NCBI GenBank assembly: GCA_965220745.1 | Contig: CBDCQT010000010.1 | Span: 96,001-160,000 of the forward strand | Reading direction: 5' to 3' | DNA: 64,000 nucleotides | Origin: Alphaproteobacteria bacterium | GTDB lineage: Bacteria; Pseudomonadota; Alphaproteobacteria; UBA828 | Shown: piece after piece, positions 55,901 to 64,000 of the stretch | How positions within the stretch are numbered: position 1 is the first letter of the stretch | How the letters are laid out: each line of letters begins with the position of its first letter | Notes under the pieces: generated by a model | Told to the model about the DNA's origin: nothing | The model's database searches: none | Seen by the model: only the letters and a program-made list of their open reading frames with translations | Made by a program: the position numbers and the translations under genes

Positions 55901-57306
55901 GCGCCTTCGATCACCGCCACGCGTCCACCGTGGACGGTGGCGTGCCGGATTGCCAGGGACTGCTCCTGGCTCAGCGGATAGCTCCGGTCCAGCAGCGTCT
56001 CGACCTTCAGCGCCACCGCCTCTTCCGGCAACCCGTGGCCGGCGTCCGACGCCATGGAGGACGCCATGTCCTTGACCGCCTGTTCCAGGCCGAGGTTGTG
56101 CCGGGTGGAATAGACCTCGGTGTGCACCATGCCGGCGCGGGATTCCGCTGTCGGCTTCTTCGGCTCCAACCGCTCGATCTCCGGGTTGCGGCGCAGCCGC
56201 TCGATGGCGGTCTTCAGCGCTTCCGGCCCGATCAGGCCCGCCGCCGCATTGGCCGCCGCCTCCACCATGTCCGGGCGCCGGAATACCGCCTCCTCCCGGG
56301 CCAGGTGGGCGGGAAGATCGTCGAGCCGGTCCGTCAGCTCACGTATCGCCTCACGGCCGGTCTCCACCTTGTTGCCCGTGACTGAAGCGATCAGCCCCTC
56401 CCGCTCACAAAATCCCTGCGCTTCGTCGCGCCAGCGCCCGTGACGCACCTCGGGATCGTTGTCGTGGGACTTGCCGGCCCTGGTCAGCTTGTTGACGCCC
56501 GCCATGCGCGAGGCGTTGCCGAGCGTCGGGATACCCAGCTCCCCGGCCTTCGCGACGATCGTCTTGCGCCGCTTCGACCAGAAGACCTGCAGGTCCTCCG
56601 GCATGCCCTCGATACGGGTGAACGCGCCGTCGGGACCGTACTGTTCGATGTTCACGCCGAGGCGCTCGCGCAGGTTCCAGGCGAGCGCATTGCGGTAGAC
56701 GGCGCCCGCAGCCTTGGCCCAGCTGTAGACCGGGTACTGGTGCATGGCCCTCCACTTGCCGTCCTCATGGGTGCGGGCCGCATTGAAGATGAGGCAGTGC
56801 GTATGAAGCTGCGGATCGTTCTCCCGGCTGGTGCCGTGCTGGAACATCGCCGCGGCGATATCGGCGGGCAGGACCCTGATCTGCCCTTCCCGGTCCCGGA
56901 TCCGCGTCCAGGCGCAGTGACGGAACACCGTCTCTTCCAGCGCGACCCGGGCGGCGTCGTTGTGCGCGTCCTCGATGCGGGAGCGAAGCTCGGGATCGGC
57001 GATGGCCCAGAGCGCGGAGATGCTCTTGTCGGCGGAGAAGGTCATGTCCAGGCCAGGCGAGCGCGTCTCGCTGCCCGCGTTCCTGGTGAGCCTGGTGGAG
57101 CCGTCCGGCGCGAAGCCGTTGTAGAGCCTCTGGAAGTCGCTGCTGTCGACCCTGCCGCCGTTCTCGAGGCCGAGCAGGCCCTTGGGGTTGAACCACACCC
57201 CGTCCGGCTCCTCGCCCGCCGTGTAGTACTCGTTGGGATGACGGAACGAGCGCTGGCTCTCCAGGTAGTACGAGGCCGAGGCGGCCTGGGCGAGGGTGGC
57301 TACCAT
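52966..57306 (-). CDS. traA: MobF (TrwC/TraA) relaxase-helicase
   Basis: 'SYY...EYY', 'DMTFSADKSIS', 'HGTSRENDPQLHTH', helicase 'GAAGSGKTT', 'VDEAGM', 'GDTRQ', 'YAMTIASAQGLT'. Confidence 0.93.
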   Translation of the reverse strand: MVATLAQAASASYYLESQRSFRHPNEYYTAGEEPDGVWFNPKGLLGLENGGRVDSSDFQRLYNGFAPDGSTRLTRNAGSETRSPGLDMTFSADKSISALWAIADPELRSRIEDAHNDAARVALEETVFRHCAWTRIRDREGQIRVLPADIAAAMFQHGTSRENDPQLHTHCLIFNAARTHEDGKWRAMHQYPVYSWAKAAGAVYRNALAWNLRERLGVNIEQYGPDGAFTRIEGMPEDLQVFWSKRRKTIVAKAGELGIPTLGNASRMAGVNKLTRAGKSHDNDPEVRHGRWRDEAQGFCEREGLIASVTGNKVETGREAIRELTDRLDDLPAHLAREEAVFRRPDMVEAAANAAAGLIGPEALKTAIERLRRNPEIERLEPKKPTAESRAGMVHTEVYSTRHNLGLEQAVKDMASSMASDAGHGLPEEAVALKVETLLDRSYPLSQEQSLAIRHATVHGGRVAVIEGAAGSGKTTTLRPITDLHREHGYEIVPTAVAWRTAVALGDDCDARPYCVDKLLKLAAKGQLEIGRNTLIVVDEAGMLSTRQAHHILQLSERHGAKVVFAGDTRQQQPVEAGPGLRLIRDVAGSVRVDRIRRQKADLEDVLVHAHKETPELARFRAGLTSREERDAIVADYEAMEKKPVFTPWQVAVSEALRDGDAEQAIEAWRLRGRLHLCYDEEKTLRRLVDDWTRHTMAEPDKSAVVLARTRAEARALSWLMRERMLAQTPDAKRAVIEVSRDLDGRVTEPLEIAVGDRLRIGATQWERQLFNGTVVTVEDIEVRHGEHAAVSRKARNRQAGERTGRGSEAGEDGLEAGHASEEFEGRTEDEPSVFITARTDDGRRVMFRHDEIRDWHDNIRLDYGYAMTIASAQGLTVDRAFLLIDDRPSRETVYPAATRHREGIDVYVNRAPIVFDIAEHRPEDEADMPVTDRDVRAYLAERWSRSQPKEAALDYIADGAWRDARERAQLAARNEAQLGTQPGAQLGRSGIGDEASRSRSAERGERQGEAVMATAAANDNAIVRIARDIRHAVNGWRHGAAVDAFAAESNEVMAAWDELRERARAEGEAVALSPEFRETLDRHRALMKQAASFRARPQVFERLLAERAGIGEGELEKLRNQHTRAGSYLRSITARAAHRARQDAKRQDAPREEAGVAEAVSTEVVAAGIAAPAAGPAPEEALPSRTPEAAAPGPERDDPPDWRTLYRELQRDWNDLVARAEKPDLPLPLMDGYDALIGRVRSLAEHSDLSERARSVIGGLLDYHDDETAAREIAEGYLAAAERHVEVYKVLERDARERGVPVVRLDAWPRWRETAELLADTGKAVLANDERYGAYLDTVTVGRGRAELTVEQLRSRLRENRTRVRKPKAQQPRPEPTPRQEQGFAHRLDDDRRPRNPPRPTVEGDRQGFAHILDDPDKLRELREKAKERDRKLGRHMRRSRGLSM

Positions 57307-57472
57307 CGTGCGGCGTCCCTGCCCGGAAGATACTTGGCGATCTTACTTGCGCGCAGCGCCGCCGCCGCTAGAGCGAATGAGGGAATCCTCATAGGATTCG
57401 GATCGCTATTCAATGGGCTCGGGACATCCATCCGCGGCCGACTGTATCACCCGTCATACTTCTCGGCAACCA

Positions 57473-57498
57473 GCACTTTAGTGCATAGGTGTGAGAAG
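57473..57498 (+). promoter_or_regulatory. Candidate oriT nic site
   Basis: GCAC-TTTA-GTGC hairpin followed by ATAGGTGT|GAG, resembling the MOBF inverted-repeat-plus-nic layout; lies between divergent traA and a small mob-like gene. Confidence 0.55.
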
Positions 57499-57692
57499 TC
57501 TACATCGCCTAAACACGACGAACAACAGGCGGATATACATCATAGCGGTCATCCTGCGTTAGGCATAACGGGAAACAGACCGAGAATCGGATGCAGAAGC
57601 AGAACGTTACGGTCTTCTTGTTGACACGGTGGGGGCCAAGGCCGATCATTCGAGCTCGTCCAGGTGAGAAACGACGTGAGGAGGAAGCGATC

Positions 57693-57998
57693 ATGGTGGC
57701 GCGGCGCTTCAACGAATCGGATATCGACTTCGAGGCCATCGATGCGGACCTGGCGAAGCTGACGCCGCCGAAGCTGACGTTGAAGGACGTCCTGGACCGC
57801 TTGCGAGAGCGCATGCTCGAGCAACGGGCCAAGGGCGTGACCGTGGCGCAGATGCACGAAGTGCTCAAGGCGCGGGGCATAGAGCTGGGTGAGCGCAGTC
57901 TCAAGATCTTCCTCGACAAGGGGGAGCTGCCGGGCCGCAAGGCTGCGGCGGTGGCGGCGAAGATGGGTGGCGGTGACCCGGAGGGGGATGCCTTCTGA
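57693..57998 (+). CDS. Small mobilization/relaxosome accessory-like protein
   Basis: GAGGAGG RBS; divergent from traA; 'RAKGVTVAQMHEVLKARGIEL' HTH-like segment. Confidence 0.6.
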   Translation: MVARRFNESDIDFEAIDADLAKLTPPKLTLKDVLDRLRERMLEQRAKGVTVAQMHEVLKARGIELGERSLKIFLDKGELPGRKAAAVAAKMGGGDPEGDAF

Positions 57999-58176
57999 GC
58001 CGGCATCGGGCGAAGGCGCGCAGGCGCCGAGCAGAGGCCGGGGCGAGCAGTCTTGCGAAGACGCGGAGCGTCGAGCCCGAGGCGGGCCGAACCCGGAGCG
58101 GCGATGCGTCGTGCGAAGCACGGGCCGAGCGCGGGTCGGCGAGCCGTGGGCCGTCGGCCGGTATTCCAATTCAGGG

Positions 58177-58398
58177 GGAGCAAGCGAGCGAGCGGCGAAG
58201 CCGCGTATGCGGCGAGCCGGTCGCGAAGCGGCGGGTCGAACGGGGGAAGGGGCGTCCGAGGGAGCGAGGCCGCGTAGCGGCGAGCGCGAGCCGGCGATGC
58301 CATTCGCAGAATGGTGAGCCGTGGCCCGGTGCGATGTGCGGGAGCAAGCGAGCGAACGGGCGAAGCCGCGTATGCGGCGAGCCGGACGCGAAGCGGCG
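58177..58398. repeat. Imperfect direct repeat of about 57 bp (58177-58232 and 58341-58398)
   Basis: GGAGCAAGCGAGCGA..GGCGAAGCCGCGTATGCGGCGAGCCGG.CGCGAAGCGGCG occurs twice. Confidence 0.85.
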
Positions 58399-58569
58399 AC
58401 GGGCGGATCGCGGTTCGAGCGGAGAGCGGGAGCGCAAGCGGCGATGGCGCGAAGCGCCTGTGCCGGACGCCTGGCGTCGTTGCGCGACACTGGGCACGGA
58501 GCAAAAAGGGGGAAGAGCCGGCCCTTGCCGAGGCGCGGACCGGCTCTTCCGGGAAGGGAGGTGCCGCCG

Positions 58570-59493
58570 TCAAGCGGCGACGCGATAGACCGGAATACCG
58601 AGCTGCCGGGCCTTGTCGACGAGGTTGCCGGTGATGCCGCTACCGGGGAACGCGATGACGCCCTTGGGCAGCAGGTTGAGCAGCTCGTCGTTCCGCCTGA
58701 ACGGCGCGGCCTTGCCGTGCGCGCTCCAGTCCGGGCGGCAGATCACCTGGTTGACGCCTCTGGCTTCGGCCCAGCTCGCGGCGATCTTCTCGACGCCCGG
58801 GCCGCCGCCGTGCAGCAGGACCATGTCGCCGTACTTCTCGCGGGTGCGGTCCAGCGTGGTCCAGACCGCGTCCGCGTCCGCGACGGTCTTGCCGCCGGTG
58901 ATCGCCACCAGGGTGCCGTCCGGCAGATGCGCCTGGGTCTCGCGGTCCTTGCGGGCGCGCCTGAAGTCGCGGGCGTCGATGGCGGCTGAGGTCAGCGTTC
59001 CGGTCCGGCTGGCGTGCGATCCGTGGCGGGGACGCCAGACGTCGCCGGTGTGGACGCGGTAGGCGTCTGCGGCGACGTCGCGCATCTTCTCGAACGCGTC
59101 GCGCCGGTCGCCGAGGTTCTGCGCGCGATCGGTCAGGGTCTGCAGCTCCCATGCCTTCACTTCGGAGCCGTCCTGGGCGGTCTCGAGGTCCTTCATCTCG
59201 GGCACGATGCGGTCGACGGTCCGGTCGAGGCGGGTGACCTGGGAATGCAGGCAGTTGACGAAGCCCCACAGCAGCGCCTCGCGCTCGTCGGCCATCTGCG
59301 TGCCGTCGACGGTGACGCCGTCCACGATGATGCGGATGGCCTCGCCCAGCGCGTGCGTGGCGTCGTCTTCGTCCCAGACGACGCGGCTGTCGAGCTCGCC
59401 GCGCTCAGGGCTGGCGCCGTAGAGTGCCATGCTCTCGCAAACGGCGGCGGTGGCAGAAGCGGTAGCGGTCTGTGTGGCGATGGTGTCGATCAT
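58570..59493 (-). CDS. DUF2493 / YspA-SLOG domain protein
   Basis: 'VAITGG', 'VLLHGG.PGVEKIAASWA', 'PDW..HGKAAPFRRND', 'FPGSGIT'. Confidence 0.82.
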   Translation of the reverse strand: MIDTIATQTATASATAAVCESMALYGASPERGELDSRVVWDEDDATHALGEAIRIIVDGVTVDGTQMADEREALLWGFVNCLHSQVTRLDRTVDRIVPEMKDLETAQDGSEVKAWELQTLTDRAQNLGDRRDAFEKMRDVAADAYRVHTGDVWRPRHGSHASRTGTLTSAAIDARDFRRARKDRETQAHLPDGTLVAITGGKTVADADAVWTTLDRTREKYGDMVLLHGGGPGVEKIAASWAEARGVNQVICRPDWSAHGKAAPFRRNDELLNLLPKGVIAFPGSGITGNLVDKARQLGIPVYRVAA

Positions 59494-60043
59494 GACGATC
59501 TCCCTTTCTCATCCTTCCGGATGTTCATCCTCCGGGACCCTGTGCCCCGTCGTGATGTCCTTTCGGGACACGTGCGCGCAGCGGAAGCACCTGGCCCTAG
59601 ATGGCCTTGGGCGCGAGTGGGTGCGGAAAGTCGGCGATTTCGGTGCGGAAGTTCGCGTCGGCGGTGCCTGGGAGGCCCGGCGCGCCGCCTCGCCGCTTGG
59701 CCGCGTTTCGAGTTGGCCTGCTCAAGAACTCTAGCGCCGGGCCGACACGGCGGCCCCGCGTCAGGGGCCGGCGTGCCCCACGCGAGGCGGTTCGGGGTTA
59801 CACGCAAGCGAACTTCACGGTCGCCGACTTTCACGGCGCGCCTTAGGCCATCTTGGGCCAGGCCGGAGCGCAGCGGAGGACCCGCAGGGTTGCTGGAGCG
59901 AGCACACGTGGCACGATGGGACATCACGCAAGAGGAGCAGTCCTTTCTCCGCCCCAAAGCGGCGGAAGCCGCTTCGCGTCCTTGCGGACGCGGCCGCCGC
60001 GAGGCGGTTTCCATGCGAGCCGTGGGGCGGGAACGGCGCCGGC

Positions 60044-60280
60044 TCAGAGCAGGGGATGGGTCTCGACCCAGCGCTCGGCGGTCTCGCGCAGCCTGCTGCG
60101 CTCGGTGACGCGCTTCCAGCCGCGCCAATCCTCTGCGAGCCAGATCAGGTAGTGGAACCGGCCCGGATTGAGGATGTCCTCGTCCTTGAAGATGTCGCCG
60201 ATGTACCGGCCGTCGCGGTAGATGCGCACCTCGTCCGGAGCTGCCAGCTTGAAGGCGAGGTCGGTTCTGAAGCGTCCCAT
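60044..60280 (-). CDS. Small hypothetical protein
   Basis: GGGAG RBS; MGRFRTDLAF..., 78 aa with protein-like composition. Confidence 0.6.
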   Translation of the reverse strand: MGRFRTDLAFKLAAPDEVRIYRDGRYIGDIFKDEDILNPGRFHYLIWLAEDWRGWKRVTERSRLRETAERWVETHPLL

Positions 60281-60333
60281 CGGATTGCTCCCCATTGTCG
60301 GTTGCGGCGGGTTCTCTCTCTCCCGCACTTCGC

Positions 60334-61332
60334 TCACCCCGATGCATGCCGCCCTCCGTCTCCCGGCAAGCCGAGGACCGGGGCGAGGCGCGCGCGAAGC
60401 GCCGCGGCGCCGAGAGCGACGAGCTCGTCGTTGAAGTCGCCTCCCTGGGGAGCCAGGATCGACGAGGCGACGCCCGCACGTGCGCAGCGCCGGGCGAGGC
60501 GTTCGGCGGCGCGCTCGCCTTCCGGATCGTTGTCTCGCGCGATGACGAGCCGGGCCGTGCCGGGAGGAGGCGCGAATGCGCCGAGGCTCCCGGCGGAGAG
60601 TGCGGCAGCCGCGACGGTGCCGGGCAGCGCGGTGACGATGGAGAGAACCGTCTCGATGCCCTCGCCGACCAGCAGCGTGGCGGCGGCGGGGTCGCCGAAG
60701 CGGACGGCGAGGCCGTGGACGCGGCCGAGCGCTTTGCGCGGGCGCGGCAGATCGGCCTTGGCCGGCTCGCGCGGATCCAGCCACGTCCGGTGCACCCCCG
60801 TGACGGTGCTCTCATCGGCGGTGAGGGCGGCGACCAGCGCGGGGAGCCGGCGCGCGCCGGCTTCGTCGCGGTGGAGCAGCCGGGGATGGAAACGGAGCGC
60901 GGGGAAGCGGCAGCGGTGGATCGCCCTGGCGCGGAGATAGGCTTCGGCATGGGTGCCGTCGATGGCGCGGCAGCGCTGCCAGAGGCGGCGCGCCGCCTCG
61001 GTCCGGTCGTAGCTGTCGGGGCCGGCCGGGGCTGGCATGGGCGGCATGGAGAGGAATGCGCGCGCCTCGGCGAGGGCGGCGCGCAGCGAGCCCGCGCCGG
61101 AGGCGAAGCGGACGAGGTCGAGCAGGTCGCCGTGCTCGCCGGAGCTTGCATCGGTCCACTTCCCGGGCGTGCCGGGAGGCGCGAGGCGGACGAAGAGCGA
61201 GCGGCCTCTGGCGCCGCGGATGTCGCCGGCGATCCAGTAGCGGCCGCTCCTGCGGCCCTGCGGCAGGTATCGCCGGCAGACCTCCTCGGCGCGACCGGCG
61301 AGGGCGGCGGAGACGCGGGCGGCCGCGCTCAC
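60334..61332 (-). CDS. Toprim-domain primase-like protein of conjugative elements
   Basis: 'GKWTD...GDLLDL', 'AEAYLRAR', 'GVHRTWL', 'VGEGIET', 'IARDND..G', 'GDFND'. Confidence 0.88.
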   Translation of the reverse strand: MSAAARVSAALAGRAEEVCRRYLPQGRRSGRYWIAGDIRGARGRSLFVRLAPPGTPGKWTDASSGEHGDLLDLVRFASGAGSLRAALAEARAFLSMPPMPAPAGPDSYDRTEAARRLWQRCRAIDGTHAEAYLRARAIHRCRFPALRFHPRLLHRDEAGARRLPALVAALTADESTVTGVHRTWLDPREPAKADLPRPRKALGRVHGLAVRFGDPAAATLLVGEGIETVLSIVTALPGTVAAAALSAGSLGAFAPPPGTARLVIARDNDPEGERAAERLARRCARAGVASSILAPQGGDFNDELVALGAAALRARLAPVLGLPGDGGRHASG

Positions 61333-61705
61333 GATGCATACTTACGGTGAGAACGGGGACTGGCATCGCCGGCACGGGGAGCGGGGATGGAGCGCATGAG
61401 GGACCTCTCCGGATGCTGCGTGGGACGCGCCCCGGTCCCGGCCGCCGCCCGGCCTCTCGCCGGTGCCGGGACGGCGGGCGATGCGCGTAGCGCGAGCCTT
61501 GCCGCCCGGCCGGGGGCTCGGGCAAGGCAGCATAAAAAACGGCCGGTCCCGCGCGGGAGGAACGCGGAACCGGCCGGGACCGGCGGGAGGGAGGGGCCCG
61601 CCGAGGCGCCGTGCGAGGCGCAAACTTGACGAATTGGGATGACTGGGAAGCGTAAGGTCCGCAGGGCGTTACCACTGCAGACCTTACAAATCCGGCGACT
61701 TCCCC

Positions 61706-62164
61706 TTAGAACGGGATCGTTCCGTCGTCGACGGGATCGGCGGAAGCGGCCTCGGCGGCCGGCGTCGCCTCGGCGTCGGACGCGGGCGCGCCGTTGCCGT
61801 TCGAGGTGGCAGGCCGCTCGAGGAACTGGATCCTGCCGCCGGGGACGAGGAGGATCTCGGTCGAGAAGCGGTCGGAGTCCTCGCCGTCCTTGCGCCACTT
61901 CCTGGTCTGCAGCTTGCCCGCGACGTAGACGAGACGGCCCTTCTTCGCGTGCTTCTCCAGCATGTCGATCAGTCCGTCCTGGAACGTGACGACGCGGTGC
62001 CACTCTGTCTTGTCGACGCGTTGGCCACCAGCGTTCCGGTCTATGTAACTTTCGTCGGTCGCCACGCTCATGTTGGCGACGCGTCCGCCGGACGCCAGGT
62101 GGTTGATGGTCGCATCGGCGCCCAGGCGGCCGATGAGCTGCGCGGAGTTGAGTCCAAACGACAT
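61706..62164 (-). CDS. ssb: Single-stranded DNA-binding protein
   Basis: 'LIGRLGAD', 'TEWHRVV', 'KGRLVYVAGKLQTRKW', acidic tail 'DDGTIPF'. Confidence 0.93.
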   Translation of the reverse strand: MSFGLNSAQLIGRLGADATINHLASGGRVANMSVATDESYIDRNAGGQRVDKTEWHRVVTFQDGLIDMLEKHAKKGRLVYVAGKLQTRKWRKDGEDSDRFSTEILLVPGGRIQFLERPATSNGNGAPASDAEATPAAEAASADPVDDGTIPF

Positions 62165-62798
62165 TGTCCGTCTCCTTCTCTTCCGGATTGCTGACGATGG
62201 TTGCCGAGCGGGTCGGAGCCTCTCCCGGCCCCTTCCCTGCTCGCCTTCTCCAAGCTCTTCCCTGACTCTCGTCTGCCGTCTGCCCCGGTGCCCGCGGGGA
62301 CACACCGGGCGTGCCGGTCGCACGGACGCCCGCGCAGGATGCCGCGATGGCTGGCAGCCGCCGGATGCGGCAGATACGGCGCCAGGATCGGAGGAGCGGG
62401 TGGCAAGGATCGCACCCTCGCGGCGCGAAGCGCTGCACACGAACACGGGGTGGGGCGCGGTCTCGGTGGCCGATTCCGGTTCCCCCCAGCAGCAGCCCCG
62501 TCACCGCGAATAGACCGGCCGCCCGGCCCGGCTATGGTGCCCGGAAACTGAGGGACGGATCAGCCATGGCGACGGTGACCGGGGACGATCGGACGGAAGC
62601 GGGTCGCGACCGGGATGGCCCGGCGGAGGACGGCGCATAGGCGGGCCGGGCCCGGCGGCACCGGGAGCGCGCGGCACACTATAATTGTGCCGAGCTTCGA
62701 GTCGGCAGAGGGGAGATGGGTAAGCGGTGCGAGCGCCCCACCTACCATATATTTAAGGGGTGCGGTTTGCTGACCGTTTCGCCGAGGAGGGTCAGCGG

Positions 62799-63278
62799 AT
62801 GCAGGATATTGAGCGAAGCGACGGCGCCGATTGGGATTGGCCGAACACCCCGCCCGCTGAGCCGGGCTTGGAGCCGGAAGCATCCGCTGAGCCGCAGGCA
62901 CGGTCGCAGCGCTGGAGCGCCGATGAGAAGGCGCGGATCGTGCGCGAGAGCTTCTGGCCCGGGGAACGGGTGAGCGATGTCGCCGAGCGCTACGGCTTGT
63001 CGAGCAGGCAGTTGTCGTCGTGGCGCACCCTTGCCCGCGAGGGCAAGCTGACGCTGCCGTCGTCGGCGGGGCCGGAGCCCGAGCCGGTCGCCGTGGCCTC
63101 CAAGCCTGAGCGCGAGCCGGCCTTCGCCACACTCGCGGTGGACCCGGCGGCGGAGCCGGACCCAGGTGCGGCTGGTTCGGTTTCGATCGAGGCGCGCGGC
63201 GTGACGGTGCGCCTGGACGGCGACATCGGTGCGGGCCGGATCGCGGAGATCGCGTCGGTGCTGAGGGCGCTGCGATGA
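62799..63278 (+). CDS. tnpA: IS66 TnpA
   Basis: 'RWSADEKARIVRESF.PG..VSDVAERYGL...LSSWR'. Confidence 0.88.
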   Translation: MQDIERSDGADWDWPNTPPAEPGLEPEASAEPQARSQRWSADEKARIVRESFWPGERVSDVAERYGLSSRQLSSWRTLAREGKLTLPSSAGPEPEPVAVASKPEREPAFATLAVDPAAEPDPGAAGSVSIEARGVTVRLDGDIGAGRIAEIASVLRALR

Positions 63279-63628
63279 TCGTCGCGGGCTCGAGCTTGAA
63301 GGTCGTGGTGGCGACGCGGCCGGTTGACTTCCGCAAGGGCCACGACGGGCTGGTGGCGTTGGTCGAGCACGAGCTCGGCCTCGATCCGTATTCGGGCATC
63401 GTCTTCGTCTTCCGCCCCAAGCGCGTCGACCGGATCAAGGTTCTCTGGTGGGACGGCACGGGACTGGTGCTCGCATCGAAGCGCCTGGAGCAGGGCCGGT
63501 TCGCCTGGCCGGCGGTTCGCGACGGGGTGATCCGCCTTTCGCGGGCGCAGTTCGAGGCGTTGTTCGAGGGCCTCGATTGGCGCCGGGTGTGGGGTCCACG
63601 GGTACGCCGGCCGCTGGCGGCGGCGTGA
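63275..63628 (+). CDS. tnpB: IS66 TnpB accessory protein
   Basis: 'PVDFRKGHDGL', 'KVLWWDGTGLVLASKRLE.GRF.WP'. Confidence 0.93.
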   Translation: MIVAGSSLKVVVATRPVDFRKGHDGLVALVEHELGLDPYSGIVFVFRPKRVDRIKVLWWDGTGLVLASKRLEQGRFAWPAVRDGVIRLSRAQFEALFEGLDWRRVWGPRVRRPLAAA

Positions 63629-63704
63629 TGCGGGGGGCTGTCCGAGCCCCTTTTGCGCTCTCTTTATCTTGACTAACTAACTGATTCGATGATAGGATTC
63701 TGCC

Positions 63705-64000
63705 ATGGAACCGAGCCCCGGCACGGTCGATCTCGCGTCGCTTGCACCGCCCCTGCGGGCGCTGTTCGCAGGCCAGCAAGCGGCTCTCGAGACGCTGCGC
63801 GCCGAGAACGCGGCGCTGAGCGATCGCAACCGCCGTCTCGAAGAGCAAGGCCCGGAGGGGATTGTCGAGGACCTGCGCAGCCGCGTGGCCTCGCTCACCG
63901 AGCAGAACCGGCGCCTCGAACATCTGCTCAACGAGTTGCGCCGGGCGATGTTCGGCAAGAAGTCCGAGAAGCTCCATCCCGACCAGCTCCTGCTCGCCTT
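63705..64000 (+). CDS. tnpC: IS66 transposase TnpC N-terminus (partial)
   Basis: Hand translation MEPSPGT..., coiled coil, 'LRRAMFGKKSEKL..DQL'. Confidence 0.88.
   Translation, partial: MEPSPGTVDLASLAPPLRALFAGQQAALETLRAENAALSDRNRRLEEQGPEGIVEDLRSRVASLTEQNRRLEHLLNELRRAMFGKKSEKLHPDQLLLA

Larger units (their letters stand above)
40270..64000. mobile_element. Genomic island / integrative mobilizable element (right end beyond the window)
   Basis: P4-like integrase at the left edge, MobF relaxase, toprim, ssb, R-M pair, multiple IS, patchy GC; att sites not identified, so the left boundary is approximate. Confidence 0.8.
62720..64000 (+). mobile_element. IS66-family element (left part)
   Basis: GTAAGCG left end at 62720 followed by tnpA-tnpB-tnpC. 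Confidence 0.9.

Noticed and set aside
58177-58398. CRISPR array
   Set aside because: Only two long imperfect repeats, no regular spacers and no cas genes

Overview
High-GC bacterial DNA, most likely Alphaproteobacteria, judged from the REP-like repeats and the cox/xdhC/mrp gene set. The left 40 kb is host metabolism: dps, an XRE-cupin regulator, a peptide-type ABC transporter, hydantoinase/oxoprolinase A+B and a racemase, a BMP-family binding protein, rubredoxin, a MetE-like protein, pyc, phnW, a Moco/xdhC/coxD/coxG cluster and an Mrp operon without mrpA. Two separate, intact Mu-like phage modules sit inside it. The first (475-5242) has lysis genes, a cI/cro switch and gam-gemA-mor, with no transposase. 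The second (19913-22666) has terminase and portal, about 14.7 kb away. The lysis gene, the terminase gene and the portal unit are each preceded by the same 55-bp promoter architecture: a 14-bp dyad CGSACCWTGGTSCG at about -50..-37, a -10-like hexamer, 6 nt, then ATG. This points to a dispersed, domesticated Mu-derived regulon (candidate gene transfer agent) driven by the Mor/C-type activator, and it is the main finding. From about 40.3 kb to the end lies a genomic island or mobilizable element. It carries a P4-like integrase, a minimal type-3 copper protein, nested IS remnants (IS1595, IS1634 split by an intact IS21, IS630, IS66), an AT-rich gene pair, a restriction-modification pair, a MobF relaxase with a candidate oriT, and DUF2493, toprim and ssb genes. 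All family assignments come from motif recognition by eye; no database searches were run.
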